A stretch of DNA of 64,000 nt from Bacteroidales bacterium. GTDB lineage: Bacteria > Bacteroidota > Bacteroidia > Bacteroidales > JAGONC01. The first letter of the stretch is position 1; every line of letters begins with the position of its first letter. The DNA lies in assembly GCA_035342335.1 (NCBI GenBank), contig DAOQWY010000004.1:123813-187812 (forward strand), written 5' to 3'. The translations under genes and the position numbers were made by a program. Shown here one piece after another: positions 25,235 through 37,600 of this stretch. Under the pieces are notes generated by a model. That model ran no database searches. It worked only from the letters and a program-made list of their open reading frames with translations, and was not told the origin of the DNA.

Positions 25235-27493
25235 ATGTTCCAGGTCGATTATACGGTTGAGAATAAGGAAATTCTCCGGCGCTACCGGCAATTATTGTCG
25301 GCTTTCCGGCCGGGTGCAGGGAAAAAAGATACCAGGCTCATCAAGAAAGCTTTCCGGTATGCCCTGGATGCCCACAAGGACATGCGGAGGAAGACAGGTG
25401 ACCCCTATATCTATCATCCCCTGGAAGTGGCCCGTATCGTAACGGGCGAGATCGGACTTGGTGAGATATCCATCGTGTGCGCTTTGTTGCATGATGTTGT
25501 GGAGGATACAGTGCATACCCTGTCGGACATTGAAAGAGTGTTCGGGCCTGAAGTTTCCCGCATTATCGACGGATTGACCAAGATCAAGGACATTTTTGAT
25601 TCCAAGACGGATGCACTCACCTATTCTGCTCAGGCGGAGACGTTCAAAAAAATGTTGTTGACGCTTTCCGACGACGTAAGGGTTATCCTGATCAAGATCG
25701 CTGACCGGTTGCATAATATGCGGACACTGGATGCCATGCCGGCCGAGAAACAGCTGAAAACCGCTTCGGAAACCATCTACTGGTTTGCTCCGCTTGCACA
25801 CCGGCTGGGATTGTATGCCATCAAGAGCGAACTGGAGGACCTGGCCCTGAAGTACACAGAACCAGAAATCTTCAGCAACATCAATGCGAAGATCATTGAA
25901 TCGGAGAAGGACCGGAAACGTTTCATCACCCATTTTATCTACCCGATCAAAAAAGCACTCCGCGAGCAAAATTTCAACTTTGAAATAGAAGGGAGACTCA
26001 AGTCGGTATACTCGATCTGGAAAAAAATGAAAGAGAAAGAAATTCCTTTCGAAGAGGTGTACGATCTTTTCGCAATCCGGATCATTATCGACACGCCACT
26101 GGAAACTGAAAAGATTGATTGCTGGAAAGTGTACACCCTCATCACCCATCATTATGCTCCCCTGCGGAACCGGCTGCGCGACTGGATATCCACGCCCAAA
26201 CAAAACGGCTATGAGTCATTGCACACAACCGTGATGAGCGATTCAGGAGATTGGGTGGAAGTTCAGATCCGATCGAAAAGAATGGACGAAATCGCCGAGA
26301 AGGGGTATGCCGCCCATTGGAAATACAAGGATAATGCGACCAGGACATCAGGTCTGGAGCAATGGCTTGGAAAGATATCCGAGATGCTGAAATCGCCTGA
26401 GCTGAATACCCTGGATTTTCTGGAAAACTTTAAAATGGACCTTTTTTCGGATGAGATCTCTGTTTTCACGCCAAAGGGCCATCTTCGCTCCTTACCTGTA
26501 GGGTCCACTGCCGTCGACTTCGCCTATTTGATCCATACGGAGCTGGGCAATCACTGCATCGGGGCTAAAGTGAACCACCGGCTGGTCGCCCTGCATTATG
26601 AGCTCAAGAATGGCGACCAGGTTGAGATCCTGGCCTCCAGGAAACAAAGACCAAAGGAAGAATGGCTGGATTTCGTCGTTACCGCCAAAGCCAGGTCGAA
26701 CATCCGGGAGGCCCTGAAGGAGGAAAAAAAGAAATTCAGCGAAAAAGGCAGGCAACTTTTACAGGAATACTTCAAACAGCTGCATCTGGAAATGAATAAT
26801 GCGAACCTCTTTCGTATGCAGAAATATTTTGACCTGCCGGTTCTGGTCGACCTGTATTATCAGATTGCAATGAAGGAGATTGGAATAAAGGAAATCAGGG
26901 AATGCTGCCAACCGACTGAACGAGGAGGCCTGCTGGGGCTCATCACCAGGCCTTTTACCAAATCCAGAAGTCAGGAAACTGCTTTGCTGGTGGAAATTTT
27001 AGCTGAAAAGGCCCGAAAGCAACCGGAGCTTTTTGTGATCAACCCAAACCAGGAAAACATACCTTATATCATTGCTTCCTGTTGCAATCCCATTCCGGGT
27101 GACGACATTGTCGGTTTCATGACGGATGGTACCAGAATTGACGTGCATCGCACCAACTGCCCCATAGCCGTCCAATTCATGACCAGCTTCGGCAACCGGA
27201 TCATCAAGGCAAAATGGAAAACCCACGAATCCATCGGTTTCCTGACCGGCATGAAGATCACGGCACTGGATAAAAAAGGATTGATCAAAGAAATTACGGA
27301 AATCATTTCCGACCACCTGGATCTGAACATCCGTTCCTTCCATCTTGAAAGCCACGAGGGTGTCATTCAGTGCATGATCATGCTGTATGTGCAGAATGCA
27401 GGCAAGGTGAATGACCTCATTTCAAGACTGAAAGCACTGGATCACGTGAAAAAGGTTACCCGTATCAACCGGATGGATGAAAAAGAAGAATGA
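25235..27493 (+). CDS. RelA/SpoT-family bifunctional (p)ppGpp synthetase/hydrolase
   Basis: 752 aa. It has the HD hydrolase motif LLHDVVEDT, a synthetase region (GYESLHTTV), a TGS domain and a C-terminal ACT-like domain. Confidence 0.93.
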   Translation: MFQVDYTVENKEILRRYRQLLSAFRPGAGKKDTRLIKKAFRYALDAHKDMRRKTGDPYIYHPLEVARIVTGEIGLGEISIVCALLHDVVEDTVHTLSDIERVFGPEVSRIIDGLTKIKDIFDSKTDALTYSAQAETFKKMLLTLSDDVRVILIKIADRLHNMRTLDAMPAEKQLKTASETIYWFAPLAHRLGLYAIKSELEDLALKYTEPEIFSNINAKIIESEKDRKRFITHFIYPIKKALREQNFNFEIEGRLKSVYSIWKKMKEKEIPFEEVYDLFAIRIIIDTPLETEKIDCWKVYTLITHHYAPLRNRLRDWISTPKQNGYESLHTTVMSDSGDWVEVQIRSKRMDEIAEKGYAAHWKYKDNATRTSGLEQWLGKISEMLKSPELNTLDFLENFKMDLFSDEISVFTPKGHLRSLPVGSTAVDFAYLIHTELGNHCIGAKVNHRLVALHYELKNGDQVEILASRKQRPKEEWLDFVVTAKARSNIREALKEEKKKFSEKGRQLLQEYFKQLHLEMNNANLFRMQKYFDLPVLVDLYYQIAMKEIGIKEIRECCQPTERGGLLGLITRPFTKSRSQETALLVEILAEKARKQPELFVINPNQENIPYIIASCCNPIPGDDIVGFMTDGTRIDVHRTNCPIAVQFMTSFGNRIIKAKWKTHESIGFLTGMKITALDKKGLIKEITEIISDHLDLNIRSFHLESHEGVIQCMIMLYVQNAGKVNDLISRLKALDHVKKVTRINRMDEKEE

Positions 27494-27518
27494 AATTATA
27501 TTTATTTAAACTAAATAC

Positions 27519-27540
27519 TAATAAATGAATATTCATTATC
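27519..27540. promoter_or_regulatory. Fur-box-like palindromic operator candidate
   Basis: The sequence is TAATAAATGAATATTCATTATC, with a perfect 14-bp palindrome AATGAATATTCATT at 27524..27537. It lies 22 nt upstream of the fur-family gene start. Confidence 0.45.
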
Positions 27541-27561
27541 TTTAACGCAAATTCCTAGGAC

Positions 27562-28008
27562 ATGAAAGATAGTGATAATTCAAATTTTGAAGCGGTCAGA
27601 AAGATTTTTACCGATTATCTTGAGATGAACGGCCACCGAAAGACCCCGGAGCGGTATACCATCCTGAAGGAGATCTATGATACGGAAGGGCATTTCGACA
27701 TTGAAACGCTCTATATCCGCATGAAGAACAATAAATACAGGGTCAGCAGGGCTACCCTGTACAACACCATCGATTTATTGCTGAACTGCAAGTTAGTGAC
27801 CAAGCATCAGTTTGGGACCAATTCAGCGGAATTTGAGCGTGCGTATAAATTCAGCAAACATGATCATTTCATTGATCTTGACAGCGGTCAGATCAGGGAG
27901 TTCTATGATTCACGGATCCAGGAGATCCGGGAGGCGGTGGAGCAGCTTCTGAACGTGGAAATTTCACATCATTCACTTACTTTTTATGGGAAAATAAAGG
28001 ATAGCTGA
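27562..28008 (+). CDS. Fur-family transcriptional regulator (no CxxC pairs)
   Basis: 148 aa with a Fur-type wHTH ([14 protein letters not shown]...HFDIETLY...[13 protein letters not shown]) and a His-containing C-terminal half. Confidence 0.8.
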   Translation: MKDSDNSNFEAVRKIFTDYLEMNGHRKTPERYTILKEIYDTEGHFDIETLYIRMKNNKYRVSRATLYNTIDLLLNCKLVTKHQFGTNSAEFERAYKFSKHDHFIDLDSGQIREFYDSRIQEIREAVEQLLNVEISHHSLTFYGKIKDS

Positions 28009-28031
28009 TTCCGAAAACTGAAAACGAGCCT

Positions 28032-29336
28032 ATGACAAAAGTTGATGTTCTGTTAGGCCTTCAATGGGGAGACGAAGGCAAAGGGAAGGTTGTGGATGTG
28101 TTGTCTGAGGATTATGATATCATTGCCCGGTTCCAGGGTGGAGCCAATGCTGGTCATACCCTCGAGATCGAAGGGGATCGGCATATTCTCCACCTCATTC
28201 CTTCGGGTATCTTTCATGAAAGCAAGATCAATGTCATCGGCAATGGGGTAGTGATCGATCCGTGCATCCTGAGAAGGGAGATTGCCGGCCTCCGAAAGAA
28301 ACAGGTGGATGCCTCCCGGAATCTGTACCTGTCAAAAAAGGCGCACCTGATCCTGCCATCCCACCGGCTGCTGGATGCTGCATACGAACAAATCAAGGGT
28401 AAGTCAAAGATCGGGTCGACACTCAAAGGGATCGGCCCGGCCTATACGGACAAGACCGCCCGTAACGGGATCCGGCTCGGTGAAATTCTGTATTCAGGAT
28501 TCTATGATCTGTACAAGTCGTTGAAAGATCATCACATGGGGATCGTTGCCCTGGCGGACTGGGATTACAAAGCCTGCCTGCTCGACGGGATCCCGTTTGA
28601 GGAGTATGAAAGTCAGTGGTTTGAATCCATTGAGATGCTGAAAAATTTCCGGATCATCGACAGTGAGTACTTCATCAATCAGAAGCTGGCTGATCATAAG
28701 ACCATTCTCGCGGAAGGAGCCCAGGGAACGATGCTTGACGTTGAGTTTGGCACCTATCCGTTTGTCACCTCCTCCAGCACCGTCTGTGCGGGAGTCTGCA
28801 CTGGTCTGGGCATTGCGCCCGCCAGGGTGGGGAACGTGTTTGGCATCGTCAAGGCCTATTGCACACGTGTTGGCAGCGGACCCTTCCCAACGGAATTAGA
28901 CGATCCAACCGGTGAGCAGATGCGGGTGAAAGGGAACGAATACGGCTCGACCACCGGAAGGGCCAGGAGATGCGGCTGGCTTGACCTGGTAGCCCTGCGC
29001 TATGCGATCATGCTCAACGGGGTTACGGACCTGATCATGACCAAAGCTGACGTTCTCAGTGGTTTCGAGCGCCTGAAGGTCTGCACTCACTACCGCAGGA
29101 ACCTTGACGTGATGGATGCGTTCCCGTACGGTATTTTACACGAACCGGTCGTACCTGTCTACCAGGAAATGGAAGGATGGGATCAGGATCTGCAGTCCCT
29201 GGGATCGTATGATGCAGCACCAAGCGCGTTTAAAGAGTATGTACGGTTTATTGAACAGGAAGTAAGGGTGCCCTTTTTGTATATTTCAACCGGAGCCGGC
29301 CGGAAACAGATTTTTAAGATCAGGAAGGCATCATAG
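28032..29336 (+). CDS. purA: Adenylosuccinate synthase
   Basis: 434 aa with [22 protein letters not shown] and [13 protein letters not shown]. Confidence 0.96.
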   Translation: MTKVDVLLGLQWGDEGKGKVVDVLSEDYDIIARFQGGANAGHTLEIEGDRHILHLIPSGIFHESKINVIGNGVVIDPCILRREIAGLRKKQVDASRNLYLSKKAHLILPSHRLLDAAYEQIKGKSKIGSTLKGIGPAYTDKTARNGIRLGEILYSGFYDLYKSLKDHHMGIVALADWDYKACLLDGIPFEEYESQWFESIEMLKNFRIIDSEYFINQKLADHKTILAEGAQGTMLDVEFGTYPFVTSSSTVCAGVCTGLGIAPARVGNVFGIVKAYCTRVGSGPFPTELDDPTGEQMRVKGNEYGSTTGRARRCGWLDLVALRYAIMLNGVTDLIMTKADVLSGFERLKVCTHYRRNLDVMDAFPYGILHEPVVPVYQEMEGWDQDLQSLGSYDAAPSAFKEYVRFIEQEVRVPFLYISTGAGRKQIFKIRKAS

Positions 29337-32300
29337 CTTACGCTTGACTTCCCGTTGTTCATATCCTTCGATGATGTCACCCGCCTTGATATCGTTGTAA
29401 TTTTCAATGCTCAATCCGCATTCATAGCCTGACGACACTTCCTTCACATCTTCCTTGAACCGTTTAAGAGATCCCAGCTGACCTTCATAGACAACAATTC
29501 CATCGCGGATGACCCTGATTTTCGTATTCCGTGTAATTTTCCCGTCCAGCACGATGCACCCTGCGATGGAACCCACTTTGGTTATTTTGAATACCTCCCG
29601 GACTTCCACGTTACAAAGGATTTTTTCTTCGATATCCGGTGCGAGCATTCCTTCAATGGCATCCTTGATCTCATTGATGGCGTTGTAGATGATGGAATAC
29701 AGCCGCATGTCGATCTGTTCCTGTTCAGCCAGTTTCCTGGCGCTGAGGGATGGGCGCACGTTGAATCCGATGATGACTGCGTTGGAAGCGGAAGCCAGCA
29801 ACACATCCGATTCCGTGATCTGCCCCACCGACTTATGAATGACGTTGACCTGCACTTCTTCGTTGGAGAGTTTAAGCAGCGAGTCGGAAAGAGCTTCTAC
29901 CGATCCGTCGACATCGCCTTTGACGATCAGGTTGAGTTCTTTGAAATCGCCGATGGCGATTCTGCGGCCGATCTCATCCAGTGTGATATGCTTCTGGGTC
30001 CGCAGGCCCTGTTCGCGTTGCAGTTGAAGCCGTTTGTTGGCGATGGCTTTGGCATCCCGTTCGTCAGGCAGTACATTGAAGCGGTCACCGGCCTGGGGTG
30101 CTCCGTTCAGTCCCAGGAGCAGGATGGGTTTGGAGGGGCCGGCGACCTTGATGATTTGGTTCCGTTCGTTATACATAGCTTTCACCTTGCCAAAATGAGC
30201 TCCGGCAAGGACAATGTCACCAACTTTCATTGAACCTTCCTGTACCAGGAGTTTGGCAATGTAACCACGGCCTTTGTCGAGGGAGGATTCAATGACCGCG
30301 CCGGTGGCTGGTTTTTTGGAATTTGCCTTTAACTCGAGCACTTCAGATTCCAGAAGGACCTTGTCGAGCAGCAGGTCAATGTTCGTCCCTTTTTTGGCGG
30401 ATATTTCCTGGCACTGGTATTTGCCGCCCCAGTCTTCCACCAGTATGTTCATTTTGGCCAGTTGTTCCCTGATCTTTTCAGTATTTGCGTTGGGTTTATC
30501 AATTTTATTGATGGCAAATACGATGGGTACGCCGGCGGCCTGGGCGTGGTTGATGGCTTCCACTGTTTGCGGCATGATGTTGTCATCGGCCGCGACGACA
30601 ATGATCACCACATCGGTCATCATCGCACCGCGTGCCCGCATGGCAGTGAAGGCTTCATGGCCGGGTGTGTCAAGGAACGTGATGGATTTGCCGTTTTCCA
30701 GCATCACCTCATAGGCTCCGATGTGCTGGGTGATCCCCCCTGCTTCCCCGGCAATGACGTTGGCATGGCGGATGTAATCAAGCAAAGAGGTCTTTCCGTG
30801 GTCAACATGTCCCATCACGGTTACGATAGGGGCACGTTCTTCCAGATCCTCCGGCCGGTCGGTCTCTTCGGTATGGAGAATGGCCTCCTGTACCTCAACG
30901 CTGACAAATTCAACCTTGTAACCAAACTCGTCGGCCACCACGGCCAGTGTTTCAGCATCCAGCCGCTGATTGATGGATACGAACAGTCCCAGGGTCATGC
31001 AGGTGGAAATGATCTGCGTCACAGGAACATTCATCATGGTGGCCAGCTCATTGGCGGTGACAAATTCAGTGACTTTGATCACTTTCTTTCCCTCTTCAAT
31101 TTTCTGTTCTTCTTCCATCTTGAGTTTTTGAACCATTTCCCTCTTAATTTTCCTGTATTTGGAAGCTTTCGATTTACCTGTAGCGCTTAAACGCTGAAGC
31201 GTTTCCTTGATCTGTTTCTGGATTTCATCTTCTGAAACCTCAGGACGGAAATGGTCACGGGGTATATGGCGGTCTTTGAACCGCGGTTTCGTTGTCTTTT
31301 CGGTCTTTCTCTCTTCGAAGCGGGTATCTTTCTCATCCGAAGGTTTCCTGATGCGTTTCCGCTTCTTTTTTGCTTTCAGCTGCTCATCCGAGGAAGATGC
31401 AACAGGTTTTTTCTTTTCCGGTTTTTTGACTTCCGGCAACTCGATCGTCCCCAGGATGGTGGGGCCTGCCAGTTTTTCTGTTCTTACCCTGATGAAGTTC
31501 ACATCATCCCTGGGAGATTTTTCCACAGGCGGTTCTTCAGCTTTAACCTCTTTTTCCCCTGCATCAACGGCTTCCGTCTGAGCAGGCGTTTGCGAAACAG
31601 GTGTGCCGCTAACCTCAGCAGGAGCTGGTTCGGGGGATGGCTGGGCTTCTGCCTCTTTCTCCGCCACAGGTACTTCCTCGGCAGGCCTGGCGGGGCGATC
31701 CACTTTTTTCGCCCGTTTACCGGTAAGCTTATCAAGTTCCATCTGGCCCAGGATCTTAAGCTTCGGTTCCAAGCCTTTTTTTGCCTTGATGACCTCGGGT
31801 TCGGTTGTTTCTTCTTCGGTTGTTTTGGTTTTTGCCTCGCTAAGGTCAGCAGTGATCAGTTCTGTTCCGTCGGCAGGGGCTTCGTCAGCCGGCGGTACAC
31901 CGGTCAAAACGCCGGCTTTTTCTTCCCTGGCTTCTTCAGCCTCTTTTTTTACGGTTGGTGGTGCTTCCGGAGCCTCTTTGGGTGATTCAGCTTCTTTTTT
32001 TGCAACCTTTCTGACCGGTTCGGCCGCCTTGCCAACCGACGGCCTGGTCTTTACATCTTCGTATCCGTAATCCTCATAATCGAAGGATATACTCTTGATG
32101 ATCAGTTCGCTCTGGTCCTTAGAGCCTTCTTTGTCAACCTCTTTCAGCATCCTGTCATCGATGGAGATCGTATGATGATCCGAATAGTCCAGCCCGATTT
32201 TATCCGCTTCTTCCTTGACAAATTTCTCTGACTGGAATTCATTCATGAGTAAAGCGTACATCTCGGATGTAAGCTTGGCATTGGGAGATTCTTCCAGGTG

Positions 32301-32399
32301 GTGTCCCTTTTTCTTGAGGAATTCCACGATGGTGGTAATGCCAATGTTAAACTCCTTGGCGGCCTTGACTAATCGTATTACTTTACTCGTTTCTTCCAT
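29331..32399 (-). CDS. infB: Translation initiation factor IF-2
   Basis: 1022 aa. The G-domain has [22 protein letters not shown] and NKID. It has a long E/K/P/A-rich N-terminal linker. Confidence 0.97.
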   Translation of the reverse strand: MEETSKVIRLVKAAKEFNIGITTIVEFLKKKGHHLEESPNAKLTSEMYALLMNEFQSEKFVKEEADKIGLDYSDHHTISIDDRMLKEVDKEGSKDQSELIIKSISFDYEDYGYEDVKTRPSVGKAAEPVRKVAKKEAESPKEAPEAPPTVKKEAEEAREEKAGVLTGVPPADEAPADGTELITADLSEAKTKTTEEETTEPEVIKAKKGLEPKLKILGQMELDKLTGKRAKKVDRPARPAEEVPVAEKEAEAQPSPEPAPAEVSGTPVSQTPAQTEAVDAGEKEVKAEEPPVEKSPRDDVNFIRVRTEKLAGPTILGTIELPEVKKPEKKKPVASSSDEQLKAKKKRKRIRKPSDEKDTRFEERKTEKTTKPRFKDRHIPRDHFRPEVSEDEIQKQIKETLQRLSATGKSKASKYRKIKREMVQKLKMEEEQKIEEGKKVIKVTEFVTANELATMMNVPVTQIISTCMTLGLFVSINQRLDAETLAVVADEFGYKVEFVSVEVQEAILHTEETDRPEDLEERAPIVTVMGHVDHGKTSLLDYIRHANVIAGEAGGITQHIGAYEVMLENGKSITFLDTPGHEAFTAMRARGAMMTDVVIIVVAADDNIMPQTVEAINHAQAAGVPIVFAINKIDKPNANTEKIREQLAKMNILVEDWGGKYQCQEISAKKGTNIDLLLDKVLLESEVLELKANSKKPATGAVIESSLDKGRGYIAKLLVQEGSMKVGDIVLAGAHFGKVKAMYNERNQIIKVAGPSKPILLLGLNGAPQAGDRFNVLPDERDAKAIANKRLQLQREQGLRTQKHITLDEIGRRIAIGDFKELNLIVKGDVDGSVEALSDSLLKLSNEEVQVNVIHKSVGQITESDVLLASASNAVIIGFNVRPSLSARKLAEQEQIDMRLYSIIYNAINEIKDAIEGMLAPDIEEKILCNVEVREVFKITKVGSIAGCIVLDGKITRNTKIRVIRDGIVVYEGQLGSLKRFKEDVKEVSSGYECGLSIENYNDIKAGDIIEGYEQREVKRKL

Positions 32400-32513
32400 A
32401 AAGTGCTGAGGGGTGTGCCTCTTAACAGATTGCGAAAATAATCATTAATTTCATCCAACGGTTCAATTTTTGAATTACATGGTTGATTCTCAATTTATTG
32501 ATTCAATTAAATT

Positions 32514-33752
32514 TCATTCAAATTCAGCTTTCAGTATTTTTATCACCCATTGAATGGTTTCCTCCTCAAGTTCAGTACGTTTCACCAGATCGTCGGTACT
32601 GAGTTCCATCACACTTTTTGCCGTATCACATCCTATATTTTTTAGTTCGTCGATGATCCACTGATCTATTTCATCGGAGAATTCCTGGAGATCCACATCG
32701 TCTTCCACATCGGTGTCGGTATCCCTGTAGACATCGATCTCGTAACCTGTCAGTTTGCTGGCCAGTTTGATGTTGAATCCGCCTTTGCCGATGGCCAGTG
32801 AAACCTGATCGGGTTTCATGTAGACTTCTGCCCGTTTGTTTTCTTCATCAATGATGATGGAGGATATTTTGGCGGGGCTGAGTGAACGTGTTATGTAAAG
32901 GGATGGGTTGGTGGTGAAGTTGATCACATCGATGTTTTCATTTTTCAATTCCCTGACGATGCCATGGATGCGTGAACCTTTCATCCCGACACAGGCACCG
33001 ACCGGATCGATACGGTCGTCGTAGGATTCGACAGCGATTTTCGCCCGTTCACCGGGAACACGGACTATTTTCTTTATGGTGATAAGACCGTCGTAAACCT
33101 CAGGTACTTCTGATTCAAAAAGCCTTTCCAGGAAGATCGGCGATGTACGCGACAGGATGATGATCGGTGTATTGTTGCGCATCTCCACCTTCGACACCAC
33201 AGCGCGGATCGTGTCGCCCTTCCGGTAAAAATCCGTCGGGATCTGTTCTGATTTGGGCAGGGTCAGCTCGATGTACTCATCATCCAGCACCAGGATCTCT
33301 TTTTTCCAGACCTGATATACTTCACCCGTAATGATCTCGCCGATCTTGTCCTTGTATTTCCGGTAGATGTTGTCTTTTTCATATTCCTGGATCTTGGAGA
33401 TCAGGTTTTGCCGGATGGTCAGGATTTCCCTTCTGCCAAAGTCCTTCATTTTGATTTCTTCCGATACTTCTTCCCCCACCTCGAAATCCGGTTCGATCTT
33501 GATGGCCTCTGAGTAAGCGATCTGCGTATTGGGATCCTCAACAGCGCCGTCTTCAACAATCTCCCTGCTGCGCCAGATCTCAAGATCTCCTTTATCGATA
33601 TTGACAATAATGTCGAAATTATCTTCCGAACCGAATTTCTTGGTCAACAGATGCGTAAAAACATCTTCCAGGATGCGCATCAGTGTCTCGCGTTCGATAT
33701 TTTTGAATTCCTTGAATTCCGAAAACGTTTCAACTAAATTGATATGTTCCAT
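32514..33752 (-). CDS. nusA: Transcription termination/antitermination factor NusA
   Basis: 412 aa with S1 and two KH domains (GACVGMKGSRIHGIVREL, AIGKGGFNIKLASKLTGYEI). Confidence 0.96.
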   Translation of the reverse strand: MEHINLVETFSEFKEFKNIERETLMRILEDVFTHLLTKKFGSEDNFDIIVNIDKGDLEIWRSREIVEDGAVEDPNTQIAYSEAIKIEPDFEVGEEVSEEIKMKDFGRREILTIRQNLISKIQEYEKDNIYRKYKDKIGEIITGEVYQVWKKEILVLDDEYIELTLPKSEQIPTDFYRKGDTIRAVVSKVEMRNNTPIIILSRTSPIFLERLFESEVPEVYDGLITIKKIVRVPGERAKIAVESYDDRIDPVGACVGMKGSRIHGIVRELKNENIDVINFTTNPSLYITRSLSPAKISSIIIDEENKRAEVYMKPDQVSLAIGKGGFNIKLASKLTGYEIDVYRDTDTDVEDDVDLQEFSDEIDQWIIDELKNIGCDTAKSVMELSTDDLVKRTELEEETIQWVIKILKAEFE

Positions 33753-33766
33753 AGCCCATTCTGATA

Positions 33767-34246
33767 TTAAGCAACGTTATATTCATCGAAGGAGACGACT
33801 CCTTTTGTTTCCTTTATCTGATCGAAAGGCAGCCTGTAAGGTTCAACATCCTGTTCCTTGCCGCCTTTTTTTTTCTTTGGCCTGACCTCAATGAATTTTT
33901 CATCCACCTGGAGCAGCGCCCCCCGGATGATCGTTCCATCCTTTAGCAGGACCTGAACCTGGCGCCCCACGTTTTTACGGTACTGCCTCAGGTAAAGGTA
34001 CGGGTGATCAATTCCGGCGGAGGATACCCTGAGCTCAAAATCCTCTGCATCCCGGTTGAGATGGGATTCAATATAACGGCTCAGCCCGGCGCAATCGTCA
34101 ATGGTCACTTCCCGGTCGCCGTCGATGTAAACCAGGATCCTGTTACCCGGCTTGACCAGCACATCCATCAGAAACAACGGGCCGCCGGCAAGGTGGTCGT
34201 TGATCATGTTCACTATTTGCGTTTGCTCGATCATTGTTTGTGTCAT
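33767..34246 (-). CDS. rimP: Ribosome maturation factor RimP
   Basis: It sits upstream of nusA-infB in the conserved order. The track start at 34294 is a GTG and the ATG at 34246 (MTQTMIEQ...) gives a typical length of about 160 aa. Confidence 0.85.
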   Translation of the reverse strand: MTQTMIEQTQIVNMINDHLAGGPLFLMDVLVKPGNRILVYIDGDREVTIDDCAGLSRYIESHLNRDAEDFELRVSSAGIDHPYLYLRQYRKNVGRQVQVLLKDGTIIRGALLQVDEKFIEVRPKKKKGGKEQDVEPYRLPFDQIKETKGVVSFDEYNVA

Positions 34247-34324
34247 GGTGCAGGAATAAAATAGGGGACGCCGGTCCCCTCCATTCCAAAGCACATACGT
34301 CTGTCGTTCCTTCGAAAAGAGCTG

Positions 34325-34397
34325 TTGTCCGACCAGGGCTCGAACCTGGACTCTTCTGAACCAAAATCAGACGTGTTGCCAATTACACCATCGGACA
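34325..34397 (-). tRNA. tRNA-Gln (anticodon UUG), 73 nt, CCA not encoded
   Basis: The cloverleaf was folded by hand. Acceptor TGTCCGA/TCGGACA (U1-A72), D arm GTGT-AATTGGCA-ACAC, anticodon arm TCTGA-TTTTGGT-TCAGA, T arm CCAGG-TTCGAGC-CCTGG, discriminator A. Confidence 0.9.
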
Positions 34398-34423
34398 GGA
34401 ACAGGCCTTTTCGAAAAGGTCTG

Positions 34424-34431
34424 CAAAAATA
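34424..34431 (-). promoter_or_regulatory. Candidate -7 box (TATTTTTG) for tRNA-Gln
   Basis: The complement of CAAAAATA lies about 27 nt upstream of the mature 5' end. The palindrome 34403..34422 lies in the short leader. Confidence 0.35.
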
Positions 34432-34604
34432 CAAAAAAATTCACATATTGTTCCAGCAGGCCATTATTTGTTGGAACTTCGGCCATTTCTTTGTTTTCCG
34501 GATCATCTGTGAGAAAAATGGAGGCAGTCCGGTAAGGTACAGGTAAAATTCATAATTTAGCTCCCGGGTTTTATCGTTGACCTTAACTTAATTAATTCTG
34601 TTTA

Positions 34605-37600
34605 ATGAAACCATATAACCGGTACAACACGATCCTGGGTTGGATCGTCTTTGCTGTCGCGACAGTTGTTTACTCGCTGACGGTAGAACCTACAGCCAGC
34701 TGGTGGGACTGTGGCGAATACATAGCCACAGCTTATAAACTTCAGGTCGGGCATCCGCCTGGTGCTCCGTTCTTTCAGCTGGCGGGCCGGTTCTTTTCCC
34801 TTTTTGCCTTTGGCGACACTTCCCGGGTTGCCCTCATGATCAACATGATGTCGGTCCTGTCAAGCAGTTTCACCATCCTGTTCCTGTTCTGGACCATTAC
34901 GATGCTGGCAGAAAAGATGGTTTTCTGCAAAGGCGAAGAGATCACAGCCGGACAGGCCTACACCGTTTTGGGTGCCGGACTGGTCGGTGCGCTGGCCTAT
35001 GCGTTTTCAGATTCTTTCTGGTTTTCAGCCGTCGAAGGTGAGGTTTATGCGATGTCCTCTTTTTTCACCGCACTGGTTTTTTGGGCGATCCTCAGATGGG
35101 AAAAAGTTGCCGGGGAGCCACACGCCTTCAGGTGGCTGATTTTCATCGCTTATATGATGGGACTTTCCATTGGTGTCCACTTGCTCAACCTGCTGGCCAT
35201 ACCTGCCATTGCATTCGTGTATTATTACAAAAAACAGAAAGCGACCTCAAAAGGGATGATCCTTACCGGAGTGATTTCCATTCTGCTGCTTGCTTTCATC
35301 ATGTACGTGATCGTTCCTGAGATCGTTAACCAGTTTGCCACGGCGGAACTGCTGTTTGTCAACACGTTCGGATTGCCCTTCAACTCGGGTACGATCGCTT
35401 TCTTTATCATCATCATCGGATTAAGTGTCACCGGTATCCTGTATACCATCAAAGACCCCGTATCGAACGTACTCCGGTGGTCGATGCTTATCCTGCTGGG
35501 ATGCCTGGTCGTTTTAATTCTGGCTGCAAGTTCTTCCGGGGGGAATTTTGTCATACGCCTGATCATCTGTGGCGTACTCCTGACCCTGCTCTACATGGCT
35601 CGCAACCGGAAAGCCCTGCTCAACACGGTCGTTCTCTCTTTTGTGTTCATCCTCATCGGCTACTCCTCTTTTCTGCTGATCGTGATCCGTGCCAATGCCA
35701 ACACACCCATCAATGAAAATGAACCTTCCGATGCCATCAGCCTGTTATCCTATCTGAACAGAGAACAATATGGTGATTGGCCTATTTTCTATGGTCCGTA
35801 CTACAATGCACCCCTGGATCCGGAAAATCCGTATAAAGACGGGAATCCGATCTATATAAAAGATTTAAATACAGGAAAATACGTTATTACAGACGATCGA
35901 AAGTCTTCGATTCCGAACTATGACAACCGTTTTTGCACCATTTTTCCGCGTATGTGGAGTAACCAGAAGGAGTCACATATTTCCGCCTACAAGCAGTGGG
36001 GCAGGGTGAAAGGTCATCCCATACGCTATACCAACCGGCAGGGAGAAGCCGAGGTCATCAACAAACCTACTTTCGGTGAGAATCTGCGGTTCTTTTTCAG
36101 TTACCAGGTAGGACATATGTACTGGCGCTACTTTCTCTGGAACTTTGTCGGGCGTCAGAATGATATTGAAGGGCACGGGGGGATCTCAGAAGGCAACTGG
36201 ATCAGTGGAATCCCTTTCATCGACAAGATGCACATCGGCAGCCAGGAGTATCTGCCTTTCAGCATGAAAAACCCTGCCCGGAACAAGTTTTATGCGCTTC
36301 CTCTGATACTGGGACTCGCCGGGTTGTTCTATCAGCTGAAACGTGATAAGAAAAATACCTTCGTGGTGGCCCTGTTGTTTATCATGACCGGTTTTGCCAT
36401 CATCATTTATCTCAACCAGTACCCGTATCAGCCAAGAGAGAGGGATTATGCCTATGCGGGATCATTTTATGCCTTTGCTATCTGGTTAGGGATGGGTGTC
36501 ATGGCTGTTGCGGAGTTATTCAACCGTTTCTTAAAACAGCATCACGCTGCCATCTTTGCGACGGTATTGTGCTTTTTACTGGTGCCTTTCATCATGGCAC
36601 AGCAGGGCTGGAATGACCATAACCGCTCCGGTAAATATGCAGCCAGGGATTTTGCTGCCAACTATCTGAATTCCTGTGCTCCGAATGCAATCCTGATCAC
36701 AAACGGGGACAACGACACTTTCCCCCTGTGGTATGCCCAGGAGGTGGAAGGGATTCGGACCGACGTCAGAGTGGTCAATTTCATGCTGGCCAGCGGTGAC
36801 TGGTATGTCCGCCAGATGATGAAAAAAGTGTATGATTCGGATCCCCTGCCCTTTACCCTGAAAGCAGAACAGTACAATAAAGGTGTCAACGAGATCATCC
36901 CTTATTACGAGGAATCCAGTATCAAGGGAAGATCCGAATTGAAAAAGGTGATCGATTTCATCGCCAGTGAAAGTCAGTCCACCAGGTTGCCTGTCCAGAG
37001 CGGCGAATGGATCAACTATTTTCCGACCAAAAGTGTCCGGTTATCCGTCGACTCGGCCAACGCAGTGAAAAACGGCGTTGTTCCTGCATACTATGCTGAC
37101 CGGATTGAACCCTTTGTCGACTGGCAGATCAAAACCAATTACTTATACCGGAACGATTTGATGCTGCTTGATTTTCTGGCGACCAACAACTGGAAGCGCC
37201 CTCTTTATTTTGCCAACCCAAACAGCGTCAGCCAGGTACTGGATATTGACACCTACTGTCATCTTGAAGGATTTGTCTACAGGTTCATGCCGGTAAAAGC
37301 CGAACACCATATCCGGGGCCTTTCGGGGTTGAACACGCAGGCCTCATATGACATCCTGATGAATAAGTGTAAATGGGGTAACCTGAACGATCCGGGGGTT
37401 ACTGTGGACCGTGAGAGTTTTCGCAATACCATGATTCCCAAACAGAATTTCATGCGATTGGTACAGGCCTTAATGGATGCTAAAAAGGCGGATTCGGCAG
37501 TCAGGGTGACCGACCGGGTGATTGAAATATTTCCCAACGAAAAATTCCCGTTCGACCTGTACATGATCCCCTTCCTGGAGATCTATTACCAGGCAGGAGA

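Noticed and set aside
34403-34422. Palindrome AGGCCTTTTCGAAAAGGTCT, 6 nt upstream of tRNA-Gln
   Set aside because: I considered it as a terminator, but there is no upstream gene on that strand and no U-tract in the right orientation. It is probably part of the tRNA leader or promoter region, and there is too little evidence for a specific call.
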